From Leptospirales bacterium (lineage in GTDB: Bacteria > Spirochaetota > Leptospiria > Turneriellales > JAOUFE01): a stretch of 64,000 nucleotides of DNA. Positions 28,590-40,551 of the stretch are shown here, piece after piece. The stretch covers positions 1 through 64,000 of the forward strand of contig JBEQLE010000007.1 of assembly GCA_040326155.1 (NCBI GenBank). The letters run 5' to 3'. The notes under the pieces are model-generated. The model searched no databases, was not told where the DNA came from, and saw nothing but the letters and a program-made list of their open reading frames with translations. Position 1 is the first letter of the stretch. Each line of letters begins with the position of its first letter. The translations under genes and the position numbers were made by a program.

Positions 28590-28712
28590 CAACACCAAGA
28601 GAATACCTCGAAGCGGTCGAAAATAAACCACGTTTTTTTTCGAAATAAACTTCAAACTATAATCGAACGAAGCAACACAAAAAAACCGAAGGATTTTTTT
28701 GTGCAATAAAGA
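28590..28712 (+). repeat. Dispersed intergenic repeat, copy 3
   Basis: CAACACCAAG ... AACCACGTTTTT ... AAACTTCAAACTATAATCGAACGAAGC ... CACAAAAAAA-CCGAAGGA-TTTTTTTGTG. Confidence 0.85.
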
Positions 28713-28765
28713 TTGCCTGATCTTTTTACAATTGACAATGAAGCTCGAATTAGAAGATCTAATGT

Positions 28766-30064
28766 ATGAATAACTTGCACCCCTCGGACTTTCATGTGGA
28801 GACACTCGGCAAGCCGACTATTTTGTCTCCGATCAAGATGAATGATTATATTGGTGAGGACGAAAAAATACTTTTTGATATAAACCCCGAAACAATCGAA
28901 GAGTGTAAAAAAAACGGTAAAGGGGTAATTACTCTGGAACGCAGCGGGCCTCGGGAGAAGATTTTTTTTGACCCGAAAAATTCCAAGGCGGCAATTGTAA
29001 CATGCGGGGGGTTGTGTCCTGGAATTAATAATGTAATTCGTTCTGTCTCGCTGGAGCTGCTTTTTCAATATGAGATTAAATCTGTTACGGGGTACCAATA
29101 TGGGTTTAAAGGAATTGCAGATGAGAGAATTGAGACCATAGATCTCAACTCGAACACCCTTGCCGGTATTTCAGAAAGAGGAGGGTCTATTCTTTCCTCT
29201 TCGCGCGGACCCCAGGATGTTGTTAAAATGGTCGACCGCCTCGAAAAAGACAATATAAATCTTCTTTTTGTAATCGGGGGAGACGGGACGTTACGAGGTG
29301 GCGCCGATCTAACCCGCGAAATCAAAAAGAGAAAAGTGAACATTGGTATTATTGGAATTCCAAAAACCATTGATAACGACCTCAGCTTTATTTCAAAATC
29401 GTTTGGTTTTGAAACTGCCTATTCAAAAGCAGTGGAAACAATTCAGGCTGTGCACACGGAGAGTCTGGGAGCTTATAATTGTATCGGTATTGTCAAAGTG
29501 ATGGGGCGTCACTCGGGAGCCATCGCTTGCCACGCCAGTATCGCCTCTCTCGACGTGAACTTCTGTCTTATTCCCGAGGTTCCTTTTAGCCTGGATGATC
29601 CGGGTGGTTTTCTACCCGCTCTGAAAAACCGTATTTTGACAACAGGCCACGCTGTTATCGTCATCGCCGAGGGCGCCGCCCGTGAACATATTCCGGACAC
29701 GGGACGCACCGACGCTTCGGGTAACATTCGTCTCGGTGACTCTGGCACCTGGCTTAAAGAACTCATAGAAAATTATATGTCTACAGAAAATGTTATGTCG
29801 AATGTAAAATACATTGACCCGAGTTATCTACTTCGGGCGATTCCCGCTGACCCGAACGACGCCCTGTATTGCACCTTGCTTGGTCAATACGCAGTTCATG
29901 CGGCCATGTCCGGTAGAACCAACATGGTAATTGGGCAATGGAACCACTACTTTATTAATCTACCTATTGAGATTGTTACTCGCGAGAGAAAAATGGTAAA
30001 CACAAACGGCTCTATCTGGAAAGCCGTACTCGAAAGCACCGGTCAAAATATTACGCCTCTATAA
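28766..30064 (+). CDS. pfkA: ATP-dependent 6-phosphofructokinase (group X type)
   Basis: VTCGGLCPG, IGGDGT, PKTIDND, MGRHSG, YIDPSY. Confidence 0.92.
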   Translation: MNNLHPSDFHVETLGKPTILSPIKMNDYIGEDEKILFDINPETIEECKKNGKGVITLERSGPREKIFFDPKNSKAAIVTCGGLCPGINNVIRSVSLELLFQYEIKSVTGYQYGFKGIADERIETIDLNSNTLAGISERGGSILSSSRGPQDVVKMVDRLEKDNINLLFVIGGDGTLRGGADLTREIKKRKVNIGIIGIPKTIDNDLSFISKSFGFETAYSKAVETIQAVHTESLGAYNCIGIVKVMGRHSGAIACHASIASLDVNFCLIPEVPFSLDDPGGFLPALKNRILTTGHAVIVIAEGAAREHIPDTGRTDASGNIRLGDSGTWLKELIENYMSTENVMSNVKYIDPSYLLRAIPADPNDALYCTLLGQYAVHAAMSGRTNMVIGQWNHYFINLPIEIVTRERKMVNTNGSIWKAVLESTGQNITPL

Positions 30065-30097
30065 TTGCAAAGTACTGTATGGATTTTGTATATGTAG

Positions 30098-30117
30098 AGG
30101 GGGCGATCTCGCCCCCT
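30098..30117. terminator. GC-rich hairpin between convergent pfkA and clpA
   Basis: AGGGGGCG-ATCT-CGCCCCCT, flanked by TATGTAGAG direct repeats. Confidence 0.55.
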
Positions 30118-30301
30118 TGTATGTAGAGTTTATTTTACTTCGCTGTCTTTGCCTTTTTTCTATCGCATTGCGATGTTTTAACTGGCAATCCTCTTAAAAA
30201 AAAGCAGAGATGCGAGTGTTGCATATTTGAAATATTATCATAGGCACCTCTTATATTGTTATAATAATCGTATATTTCGGTTTCGGCAATATATTATTCA
30301 T

Positions 30302-32533
30302 TTAATATTGAATTACCAGTTTACCAGCTTCTACCGTGACTTTCATCGATCCGCCGTTTTGTAATTTTCCAAACAGAATTTCATCGACGACAGGGGTTTT
30401 AATTTCTTCCTGAATCAACCTTTCAACCGGACGAGCCCCGCTTGCCGGGTCATAACCTTTTTTTGCAAGATACTCAACCACCGAGTCGGTCATTTCCACT
30501 CTAATTTTTTTCTTCTCCATCTCACTCTTAAAAATATTTATATTTTTTGTAACGATCTTCTTCATCAAACGAGAATCTAAATGAGAAAAAATTACAATTC
30601 TGTCCAGGCGATTTAAAAACTCCGGACTAAAAAAAGTTTTAATCTCTCGGGTCGGGTCGCCGCCCATTTTCAAATCTTCCGAAAATCCTATTTTTAAAGA
30701 ACTTAACGCCCGCGAACCAGCGTTAGACGTCATTATTATGATTAAATTACTGAAATCTGCCGACCTTCCGGTCGTATCGGTAACTCTCGCCGAATCCATC
30801 GCTTGTAGCAACGTATTAAATATATCGGGATGGGCCTTTTCTATTTCATCGAGCAACAATACACAATGGGGATGTTTGCGAACCGAATCGGTTAATAGCG
30901 CCCCCTGGTCATAACCCACATAGCCCGGTGGGGACCCAAGAAAACGAGCCACGGAATGTTTTTCCGAATACTCCGACATGTCAAACCGGACCAAAGGAAT
31001 ATTCATCTGTTCAGAAAGAGCCTTACTCAAGGCAGTTTTGCCAACGCCGGTTGGTCCCGCAAAAAGAAAACTGCCAACAGGTTTTTCCGCATTCGATAAA
31101 CCAGCCATATGCCTCTTTATGGATACCGTTAATGCATGTATTGCCTTTTCCTGACCGAAAATAACTTCACCCAACCGTGTTTCCAGACTTGCAAGAGCGG
31201 CGCGTTCATTTTTTTCACCTTTGCCGGCCGGAACCCTGGCTATTCTCGAAACCAGCTTTCTAATATCACCTTCGGAAACTGTTCTTTTCATGGGTCTGTA
31301 AATAGCCTGAGAAGCCCCTGCCTCATCCATTAAATCAATAGCTTTGTCGGGCAGGCGCCGATCGGGCAAATACCTCTGTGAAAGTTCAGCGCAACCTCGT
31401 ATGGCCGGGCCGCTGTAATGCACCTCATGATATTGTTCATATCTGTGTTTTAGCCCTTTTAAAATCTCAACCGTATCTTCCACCGAAGGTTCCGGTATAT
31501 CGACCTTTTGAAATCTACGCGCGAGAGCCCGATCTTTTTCGAGATACTGGCGAAATTCCTCAATGGTTGTTGCGCCAATGCATTGTACTTCGCCTGTTGT
31601 TAAAAACGGCTTAAGAATATTCGAAGCGTCCATACTGCCGCCCGAAACCGACCCCGCTCCGACAATGGTATGTATTTCGTCTATAAACAGTATTACATTT
31701 TGCTCTTTAATGACACTTTCGAGAACAGCTTTTAACCGTTTTTCAAAATCGCCTCTGTATTTTGTTCCAGCCAGCAAAAGACCCATGTCAAGAGAAAGCA
31801 CTCTTTTACCTTTCAATTTATCAGGAACATCCCCGCGTGAAATTTTTGCGGCCAACCCCTGGGTAATCGCAGTTTTCCCTACGCCGGGGTCTCCCACATG
31901 AACGGGATTATTTTTTTTACGTCTGCATAATACTTCAATGGTTCGTTTCAACTCCGGGTCACGACCAATCAGTTCATCAAAACGACCCTGCGATGCCATC
32001 TCAGTAAAATCTGACGTGTATTTTTCTAGAGCATTCGACCGGGAAGAATTGTCATCGGAACGATCATCTTCATATTCTTCACTTCCTTCGTCCATCTGTT
32101 CAGATGAAAATCCATGAGAGATGTAATCAAGAAGACCCAGCCGTTCAACGCCTGACTTCTCTAAAAAGTACTTCGCCTCAAGTTCTTCTTCAGCGAAAAT
32201 CGACACAAGAATGTCCCCAATCTTTACCTCTTGTTTTTCGGCACTTTGTAAATGTATAATTGCCCTTTGTAATATTCTCTGAAAAGTAACTGTCTGTGCC
32301 GGACCATCTGCCGAACCAAAACTACCGTTATACTCTTCCAGGGTTTCAAGGTATTCCAGGGTATCTTTCTTCAAAGCTTCGAGATCGCCACCCGCATGCT
32401 CCAATATAACCGCGCCCGCATCGCTCAATGTAATGGCATAAAGTAAATGCTCTGCGGTGAGAAACAAATGGTTTCGATTTTGAGCTTCGTTGTAAGCTTC
32501 GGACAATACCTTTTCAAGATCTCTATGAATCAT
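30302..32533 (-). CDS. clpA: ATP-dependent Clp protease ATP-binding subunit ClpA
   Basis: Two AAA modules (GDPGVGKT, GPTGVGKT), no M-domain, directly downstream of clpS. Confidence 0.93.
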   Translation of the reverse strand: MIHRDLEKVLSEAYNEAQNRNHLFLTAEHLLYAITLSDAGAVILEHAGGDLEALKKDTLEYLETLEEYNGSFGSADGPAQTVTFQRILQRAIIHLQSAEKQEVKIGDILVSIFAEEELEAKYFLEKSGVERLGLLDYISHGFSSEQMDEGSEEYEDDRSDDNSSRSNALEKYTSDFTEMASQGRFDELIGRDPELKRTIEVLCRRKKNNPVHVGDPGVGKTAITQGLAAKISRGDVPDKLKGKRVLSLDMGLLLAGTKYRGDFEKRLKAVLESVIKEQNVILFIDEIHTIVGAGSVSGGSMDASNILKPFLTTGEVQCIGATTIEEFRQYLEKDRALARRFQKVDIPEPSVEDTVEILKGLKHRYEQYHEVHYSGPAIRGCAELSQRYLPDRRLPDKAIDLMDEAGASQAIYRPMKRTVSEGDIRKLVSRIARVPAGKGEKNERAALASLETRLGEVIFGQEKAIHALTVSIKRHMAGLSNAEKPVGSFLFAGPTGVGKTALSKALSEQMNIPLVRFDMSEYSEKHSVARFLGSPPGYVGYDQGALLTDSVRKHPHCVLLLDEIEKAHPDIFNTLLQAMDSARVTDTTGRSADFSNLIIIMTSNAGSRALSSLKIGFSEDLKMGGDPTREIKTFFSPEFLNRLDRIVIFSHLDSRLMKKIVTKNINIFKSEMEKKKIRVEMTDSVVEYLAKKGYDPASGARPVERLIQEEIKTPVVDEILFGKLQNGGSMKVTVEAGKLVIQY

Positions 32534-32535
32534 AA

Positions 32536-32844
32536 TTACTCTTTTTCCATCGTACACAAAAGCGGAAAACCCGCGTCCTGCGCATTTTGCATTGTGATGT
32601 CAACTTTCGTCTCTGCAATCTCTTTACTGTAAACTCCCGCAATTCCAATTCCATTTTTATGAACATCATGCATAATTCTTATAGCTTCTTCCTGGTTTTT
32701 TTGAAAAATTTCTACCAACACCTGAACAACAAATTCCATTGTCGTATAATCATCATTATGTAATATTACTTTGTATTTGGAAGGTATTTTAACTTCAACT
32801 CTTCTCTTAACGGCAACATCACCTGAAATGTCCTCTTCACCCAT
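32536..32844 (-). CDS. clpS: Clp protease adaptor ClpS
   Basis: YKVILHNDDYTTMEFVV, VH..G, EIAETK, FPL. Confidence 0.96.
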   Translation of the reverse strand: MGEEDISGDVAVKRRVEVKIPSKYKVILHNDDYTTMEFVVQVLVEIFQKNQEEAIRIMHDVHKNGIGIAGVYSKEIAETKVDITMQNAQDAGFPLLCTMEKE

Positions 32845-32858
32845 AAAATACCCCTCGT

Positions 32859-33236
32859 TTACGGAAAATAGGAAGCATGGTTATTTGGACCTTCCCATAC
32901 TCTAACTTCATAAATGAAAGATCCCTCAGCAATGGAATTCCCCAGTTTATCGAAAAAGTGCCGGGCCAGATTTTCCGCCGTCGGATTTATCTCTTTAAAT
33001 GGTGCTACCGCATTAATACATTTGTGGTCCAACTCTCCGGTTAAAACATCGAGTTTTTTTTGTACTTTTACAAAATCAACGCCAATTCCATTTTCCAGTG
33101 TGACACTGCGTATAAAAATTTCAACTTTATAGGAGTGACCATGCAACGATTCGTTTTTACCCGGACCGTGGTAATCATACAGATAATGAGCACTCTCAAA
33201 AGTTCCGTGAATTCGTATTTGATATTTTCCAGCCAT
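32859..33236 (-). CDS. 6-pyruvoyltetrahydropterin synthase family, PTPS-III type
   Basis: FESAH, ESLHGH (E-x2-HGH, no Cys), LDH, NPTAEN. Confidence 0.8.
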   Translation of the reverse strand: MAGKYQIRIHGTFESAHYLYDYHGPGKNESLHGHSYKVEIFIRSVTLENGIGVDFVKVQKKLDVLTGELDHKCINAVAPFKEINPTAENLARHFFDKLGNSIAEGSFIYEVRVWEGPNNHASYFP

Positions 33237-33237
33237 A

Positions 33238-35001
33238 TTACATTTTTTCCGGAGCCGAAACGCCAAGTAAATCTAAACCGTCTTGTAGAACCATTTTAGT
33301 CCATTGGCATATGCGCAACAAAAATTTTCCTTCTTCCGGATTTTCTTTCAATTTATCCAGAATTCTATTCTCTTTATCATGATAATAACCGGTAAAAAGA
33401 CTTGCCGTTTCATATAAATAATCTGTTAAAATATGAACCTCAAAAGAGCGCGAAATATCACCCACAACTTCAAAATACCGCCACAAGTGAAGTAACAGTT
33501 TTTCCCGAACAGGACTTAACATTTCATGCGAATCTTGCCCCATTTCGAATAAAACCGGTTTTTCAATATCGACATTGGCTTCGCGAAAAATGGAATTAAT
33601 TCTAGCGTAAGCATACTGAATATAATAAACCGGATTCTTATTTGATTGTGTCATTGCCAGGTCAATGTCAAAATCGAGATGAGAAGTTTGCGAGCGCATT
33701 AAAAAGAAGTACCGAACCACATCGACCGGCAATTGAACCAGAAGGTCTTTCATGGTATGAAACTTTCCCAGACGCTTACTCATAACTACCGGAACGCCAT
33801 CTTCAATCATATTTACCTGTTGCACTATAATTACGCCAAAAGTTTCCCGCGCTTTTTCACCAAAACCCATTGCTGTAATGGCCCCGCTTAACCTTGCTAT
33901 ATACCCATGGTGATCGGGTCCCCAGATATCGTATATTTGTTCAAACCCACGGTCTATTTTACTTTTATGATAGGCAATATCGGCCAATAAGTAGGTAGGT
34001 CGTCCGTCGCTTCGCACGACAACCCTGTCCTTATCGTCCCCGTACTTTGTACTTTTAAAAAGAGATGCCCCTTCTTGTTCATACAACACCCCTTTTTCTT
34101 CCAGAAAAGTTCGGGCTTCTTCGACCTGGCCCCCCTCATGTAGAGTTTTCTCCGAAAAAAAGGTGTCAAATTCCACACCAAAAGATTTCAGATCAGCCTC
34201 ATGAGTGGAGCGAATTTTTTCAATAGCCAGGGGACCAAAATAATCACCCAGCGCCTGTAGGTATTTTGCCCACTGCTCGTTTTCTATAGAACACTCTTTT
34301 ACATCTGTCGGCGTATTTGCCAAAACTTCTGGAAGTCCGGTTTCTTTTACAATTTCAGAGCGCAATTCTTCAATATACCCTCCCTGGTAACAATCATCCG
34401 GTAGGGTAACCGAAGCCCCCAGTGCTTGTAAATGGCGGTACCCAAAAGAGAGGCCCAGAAGTCGCACCTGGTTGCCATAATCGTTTACATAATATTCCCT
34501 TGTCACCCGATAACCTGTTTTCTTTAAAACTCTACAGATACAGTCACCCACAGCCGCAGATCTTGCTGAAACAATATTTAACGGCCCCGTAGGGTTTGCC
34601 GATACAAACTCAAAATTTACTTTTTCTTTCGCTTCTTCCTTATATAAGAGTTTTTCTAACGCTTCGGGCTCATATTCTTGTAATAATTTAAAATGAAGTT
34701 GGTGAGAGAGGAAAAAGTTCAAAAATCCAGGTCCCTCAATTTTAATATCCCGAAAAAGTTCTTTTATTTCTTTATTTTCACCTAACTGCTCCAGAATAGA
34801 TTCTGCTATTTTTCGCGGATTATCTTTAAATACTTTCGCAAGCTCCATCGCTATCGGGGTGGCGTAGTGACCCATCTGTGTATTGGGAGGATATTCAACT
34901 TTTACCGGTTGCTCAGAAACCGTAATATTTCTTGACAAGGCAAGATTTTTTATAGTCTTAGAGAGTAGGTTTGCCAGCTGATCTTTTATAGTAGATTGCA
35001 T
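33238..35001 (-). CDS. argS: Arginine--tRNA ligase
   Basis: EFVSANPTGPL, EYYVNDYGNQ, YLLADIAYH, GPDHHGY, MSKR, NPVYYIQYAYARI, SAPEKM. Confidence 0.96.
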   Translation of the reverse strand: MQSTIKDQLANLLSKTIKNLALSRNITVSEQPVKVEYPPNTQMGHYATPIAMELAKVFKDNPRKIAESILEQLGENKEIKELFRDIKIEGPGFLNFFLSHQLHFKLLQEYEPEALEKLLYKEEAKEKVNFEFVSANPTGPLNIVSARSAAVGDCICRVLKKTGYRVTREYYVNDYGNQVRLLGLSFGYRHLQALGASVTLPDDCYQGGYIEELRSEIVKETGLPEVLANTPTDVKECSIENEQWAKYLQALGDYFGPLAIEKIRSTHEADLKSFGVEFDTFFSEKTLHEGGQVEEARTFLEEKGVLYEQEGASLFKSTKYGDDKDRVVVRSDGRPTYLLADIAYHKSKIDRGFEQIYDIWGPDHHGYIARLSGAITAMGFGEKARETFGVIIVQQVNMIEDGVPVVMSKRLGKFHTMKDLLVQLPVDVVRYFFLMRSQTSHLDFDIDLAMTQSNKNPVYYIQYAYARINSIFREANVDIEKPVLFEMGQDSHEMLSPVREKLLLHLWRYFEVVGDISRSFEVHILTDYLYETASLFTGYYHDKENRILDKLKENPEEGKFLLRICQWTKMVLQDGLDLLGVSAPEKM

Positions 35002-35057
35002 AAGAACGAGAAAGAGGCCAAAGACCGGATGTCAACAAACATTAAACTGAAAATATC

Positions 35058-35984
35058 ATGAGCACAAATTATACAAAAATCGAATCGTTGAAAGATATAG
35101 ACCTGAGTAAGATAAATCTGGGTAATATCAACGATCGTTATATTGATGAGAGTGGAAACCGTTTTGCCACACGATTTAATATACGATCCAGGAAAATTCA
35201 AATTGTTCGTATTGCGCTTGGCCAAGACGAAGCAATGAATTCAAAAGGTCGTATAATAAAAGATCTCGTTAAAAAAAGAATCGGAAACGACGATGAAGAA
35301 GAAGAAGAACCGCTCGGTCCCTTGGCCTCCCCTACTGCCGACAGTGTGGAAGAACCAGTTAGTGAAGAAAAAATCAACGAAATTCAAGTACAACACCCTG
35401 ATATACCAAAATGGATATTTACCGCAGACATCCCCATCAATGAAGAAGTCGATATTGGTACCCTGCTCGTGACTTTAAATGAACATGTTAAAACCGAATC
35501 GGAACGGTTGTTTGGCATTATTGGAAATATGAAAAATGCAGGTCTTTTAGACCAGTCAGATAAAACAAGCGGCGACCCCTTACTCGAATTGACGAATATT
35601 TACGACAAACAGATCTCTCCTGCCTATGAAGAGACCCAGGCCAAGCTGGAGGAAATTACAAAATACCCCAAAGAAATACATGACTATGAAACTTTAATAG
35701 AACATAAACATGTAAGTAAACTGGCAAACCTGCAACCACATGAACAGTGGGATTTCGTTAAAGCTTATATTGTCGGTAACCAATACCTTGTAGGGCTGGA
35801 AGCTACAGTACAGTTTTTAGAAACCTGCTCTGAAAAACTCGGTCAGGCCAATGAAGAAGCATTAGAAGGAACGCAAATTCGCGCCTTTGAAGACGCCAAG
35901 GTTTCTGTCAGCTTTGTAAAAGATACGACGGAACGAACAATTGGAGATATGATTGGCTGGCAAATTCAAACGGGAGTGTATTAG
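35058..35984 (+). CDS. Hypothetical protein
   Basis: 308-aa ORF with acidic linker and helical C-terminus; no recognised family. Confidence 0.7.
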   Translation: MSTNYTKIESLKDIDLSKINLGNINDRYIDESGNRFATRFNIRSRKIQIVRIALGQDEAMNSKGRIIKDLVKKRIGNDDEEEEEPLGPLASPTADSVEEPVSEEKINEIQVQHPDIPKWIFTADIPINEEVDIGTLLVTLNEHVKTESERLFGIIGNMKNAGLLDQSDKTSGDPLLELTNIYDKQISPAYEETQAKLEEITKYPKEIHDYETLIEHKHVSKLANLQPHEQWDFVKAYIVGNQYLVGLEATVQFLETCSEKLGQANEEALEGTQIRAFEDAKVSVSFVKDTTERTIGDMIGWQIQTGVY

Positions 35985-37201
35985 TTTCGGGAACCCGCTT
36001 CTCGCTTTTTCGCCATCTGGGCTTTTTTCTTATAGAATTGAACCACTTTCTCTAGTTCAACAAGGTTTACACAAAAGATTTTCCCTTCTTGTAATCTGAA
36101 ATTCTTGTCTTCGAGTAAAGTCATCAAATAACCTTCCCCTTTCTCCGGTGTAAAACTCAACATTTTTGCAAGTTCCTGCCCAGAAATGTCGAATACATGA
36201 CTGGATTTTGGAGCAATTGTTACTTTTTTCTGGTATACCAGAGTCAATAACATATCGTACATTCTTCCAATTGGATCTTCAATCAAGAGGTTCGCCAATT
36301 GCCGGTTCGAAGTCCAGATACGTTCTGATAAGATCGTAATTAGTTTAACGGCCAGCGCTGGCTGAGCCTGTACCATTGCTTCAAAGTTAGTCTTGTTAAT
36401 CGCCAGTGTGCTAACTTTTCCATTTGCCACAGCTGAAGCCGAACGTGGTTTATTTTCAAGCAAAGCCATTTCACCGAAAATATCACCGGGTTTTAAAACC
36501 GCAAGTAAAACCTCGTTTTGGTCTACAATTTTTGTAATTTTGACCCGTCCCTGTTGAATAATATAAAGTTCCGTACCAGGTTCATGCTCAATAAAGATCA
36601 TTTCCCTGTCTTGAAAACTCCGATTCAGTCCCTGTCTATTTTCTTTAGGCGCTTCAAACGGAAAGTTCATCTCTTGCAGACGCGATTTACACTGGGTCGC
36701 AAGCGGCCCATTGGGAATATGCTGTAAATACCGTTGAAATGCATAGGCTGCATGGTTCGTTTCACCATTCGAATGGTAATAATCGCCTACTTTGTGCATA
36801 AACTCTGGATTTTCTTCAGAGGTACTATGAAAAGATAGTTTTGTTATAGCTTTATCAATTGCGCGAAGTTTCCATGAGAAATACCGAATAATCTTCATGG
36901 CTATGGGAGCGCTTTTTTGAATCATTGCTGGAAATTGGTCTCGCTGAACCGAGATTAAAGCTACAGGAGACAATGTTTGCACTGTTTCAATGTGAGGGTG
37001 AGCACTCATCGCCGACACCACTCCAAAAAAGTCTCCAGGCCCCAGCATTGTATTGGGGTCTTCGCCTGGAATCGGCGTATCTACTGTAAGCCTGACGCTG
37101 CCTTGTCTTAGGATATAAAAAGCGTCTGCTTCTTTTTTACCTTCAACGATTACAAACGCATTTGGCTGAAAATTTGCTATTTTAAATGGTGAACCCGACA
37201 T
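35981..37201 (-). CDS. Tandem cyclic-nucleotide-binding (Crp/Fnr-like) protein with central TPR-like segment
   Basis: Two cNMP domains (GPGDFFG; GDIFGEMALLENKPRSASA). Confidence 0.85.
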   Translation of the reverse strand: MSGSPFKIANFQPNAFVIVEGKKEADAFYILRQGSVRLTVDTPIPGEDPNTMLGPGDFFGVVSAMSAHPHIETVQTLSPVALISVQRDQFPAMIQKSAPIAMKIIRYFSWKLRAIDKAITKLSFHSTSEENPEFMHKVGDYYHSNGETNHAAYAFQRYLQHIPNGPLATQCKSRLQEMNFPFEAPKENRQGLNRSFQDREMIFIEHEPGTELYIIQQGRVKITKIVDQNEVLLAVLKPGDIFGEMALLENKPRSASAVANGKVSTLAINKTNFEAMVQAQPALAVKLITILSERIWTSNRQLANLLIEDPIGRMYDMLLTLVYQKKVTIAPKSSHVFDISGQELAKMLSFTPEKGEGYLMTLLEDKNFRLQEGKIFCVNLVELEKVVQFYKKKAQMAKKREAGSRN

Positions 37202-37382
37202 ACTTTTATATCACTTTTAAGTAAATTTCCTCATCCCTTTCAGCTATTGGTGTTATATGTTTTGACTTTACCAATGCTGCTTTATCATTAGCTTCGGTAT
37301 GTTTACCCAAATTGTCAACAAATATATTGACAAATACAGTATATTCTGTTTGACGAGGGGTAAAAACTGCAATTCTTGAGCT

Positions 37383-37817
37383 ATGAAAAAAGGATTCTCG
37401 TCATATGAACTAACAAACTTCCTTACTGACTTTCTAAAGTCAAAGGATGTTGATGTAGAGAAGAAAGTAAACAATGTTCTTGTATTAGACTCCATTCGTA
37501 ATTCCTGGAAAACTGTCGCTCCACCCGCTCTTTTTGAACATACGGTTATTGCAAAATTCACAAATAAAACGGTCTATTTGCAGGCTGACCATGGTATTTA
37601 TGCCCAGGAAATTCAACTCTTAAGCAGCCAATTGTGTAAGGCTTTATCGAAAGAGACCGCATTAGAAATTCGCGATATGAAAATAAGAGTCGGCCCGTTA
37701 TATCATAAAAGTGGTAAAAGAACAGACATTATGTCTCAGAGTCAAAATATGTCCACAATTGAGGAGCATCCGAACAAATCAGTGCTCGATAAACTCATTA
37801 GAAAAACAAAAAAATAA
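37383..37817 (+). CDS. DciA / DUF721 family protein
   Basis: W..V....LFEHT, YAQEIQL; position immediately before gyrB. Confidence 0.7.
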   Translation: MKKGFSSYELTNFLTDFLKSKDVDVEKKVNNVLVLDSIRNSWKTVAPPALFEHTVIAKFTNKTVYLQADHGIYAQEIQLLSSQLCKALSKETALEIRDMKIRVGPLYHKSGKRTDIMSQSQNMSTIEEHPNKSVLDKLIRKTKK

Positions 37818-37837
37818 GATCAATCGCGGAGTTTTGA

Positions 37838-39781
<1,944 letters not shown>

Positions 39782-39830
39782 CCTTAAACGATCTATTTCC
39801 ATTGATTCAGATTCCACCTCTATAAAAAAC

Positions 39831-39866
39831 AGTTGACTTATGCAACGGTTGCTGCATAAGTCAACT
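39831..39866. promoter_or_regulatory. Putative TetR operator 1
   Basis: AGTTGACTTATGCA-N8-TGCATAAGTCAACT perfect inverted repeat just upstream of tetR. Confidence 0.75.
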
Positions 39867-39878
39867 AGGAAAAGAAAT

Positions 39879-40439
39879 ATGGCGCGGCCCATTGAGTTCA
39901 ATAAAGAAGCAGTGTTAATGAATGCTATGAAGGTTTTCTGGCTGAAAGGCTATGAATCGACTTCCATGGCAGATTTAATAGAAGCGACCGGGCTGACAAG
40001 TAGAAGCATGTACAATGTTTTTGGCTCTAAAAACGGTTTTTTTAAGGCGACGTTGGATAAATATTACGAAGGCTTAATCGGTCCGCTGGCAAAATTAGAA
40101 CATGGCGAAGGTGCAAAAGCCATAAGAACTTATGTGGAGACAATCAGCGCAATGGAACCATTGAACGGGTGTTTATATGTCAACACCTTATCTGAGAAAA
40201 ACAGTGTTGAAGATGATTGTGTCAGAAAAGTTATGAGACATTTTGAAAGACTTGAATCAGCTTTTCGATCGAAATTAGAGTATGCAAAAGAACACGAGAA
40301 CTTTACCGCCGAACCAAAACTTAGAGCGAAGCAACTCGTGTCCATGCTGCAAGGGCTCGCGGTCTATTCGAAGATAAACTTTTCTGTAGAAGAGCAGAAA
40401 GAGATGGCGCAAGATTCATTGAGGATGATTGGAATTTGA
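39879..40439 (+). CDS. TetR/AcrR family regulator
   Basis: MARPIEF, FW.KGYESTSMADL, SMYNVFGSK, GCL.VN. Confidence 0.92.
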   Translation: MARPIEFNKEAVLMNAMKVFWLKGYESTSMADLIEATGLTSRSMYNVFGSKNGFFKATLDKYYEGLIGPLAKLEHGEGAKAIRTYVETISAMEPLNGCLYVNTLSEKNSVEDDCVRKVMRHFERLESAFRSKLEYAKEHENFTAEPKLRAKQLVSMLQGLAVYSKINFSVEEQKEMAQDSLRMIGI

Positions 40440-40461
40440 ATATGCCCGTTTTTTTGGGGCA

Positions 40462-40485
40462 GTTATGCAACGAACGATGCATAAC
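40462..40485. promoter_or_regulatory. Putative TetR operator 2
   Basis: GTTATGCA-N8-TGCATAAC, same core as operator 1, upstream of the SDR gene. Confidence 0.75.
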
Positions 40486-40551
40486 AATTGAATAAAATGA
40501 AACTGTCGCAGTTAGACAGGAACTGAGTATAAAAATTTAAAGGAGATAATT

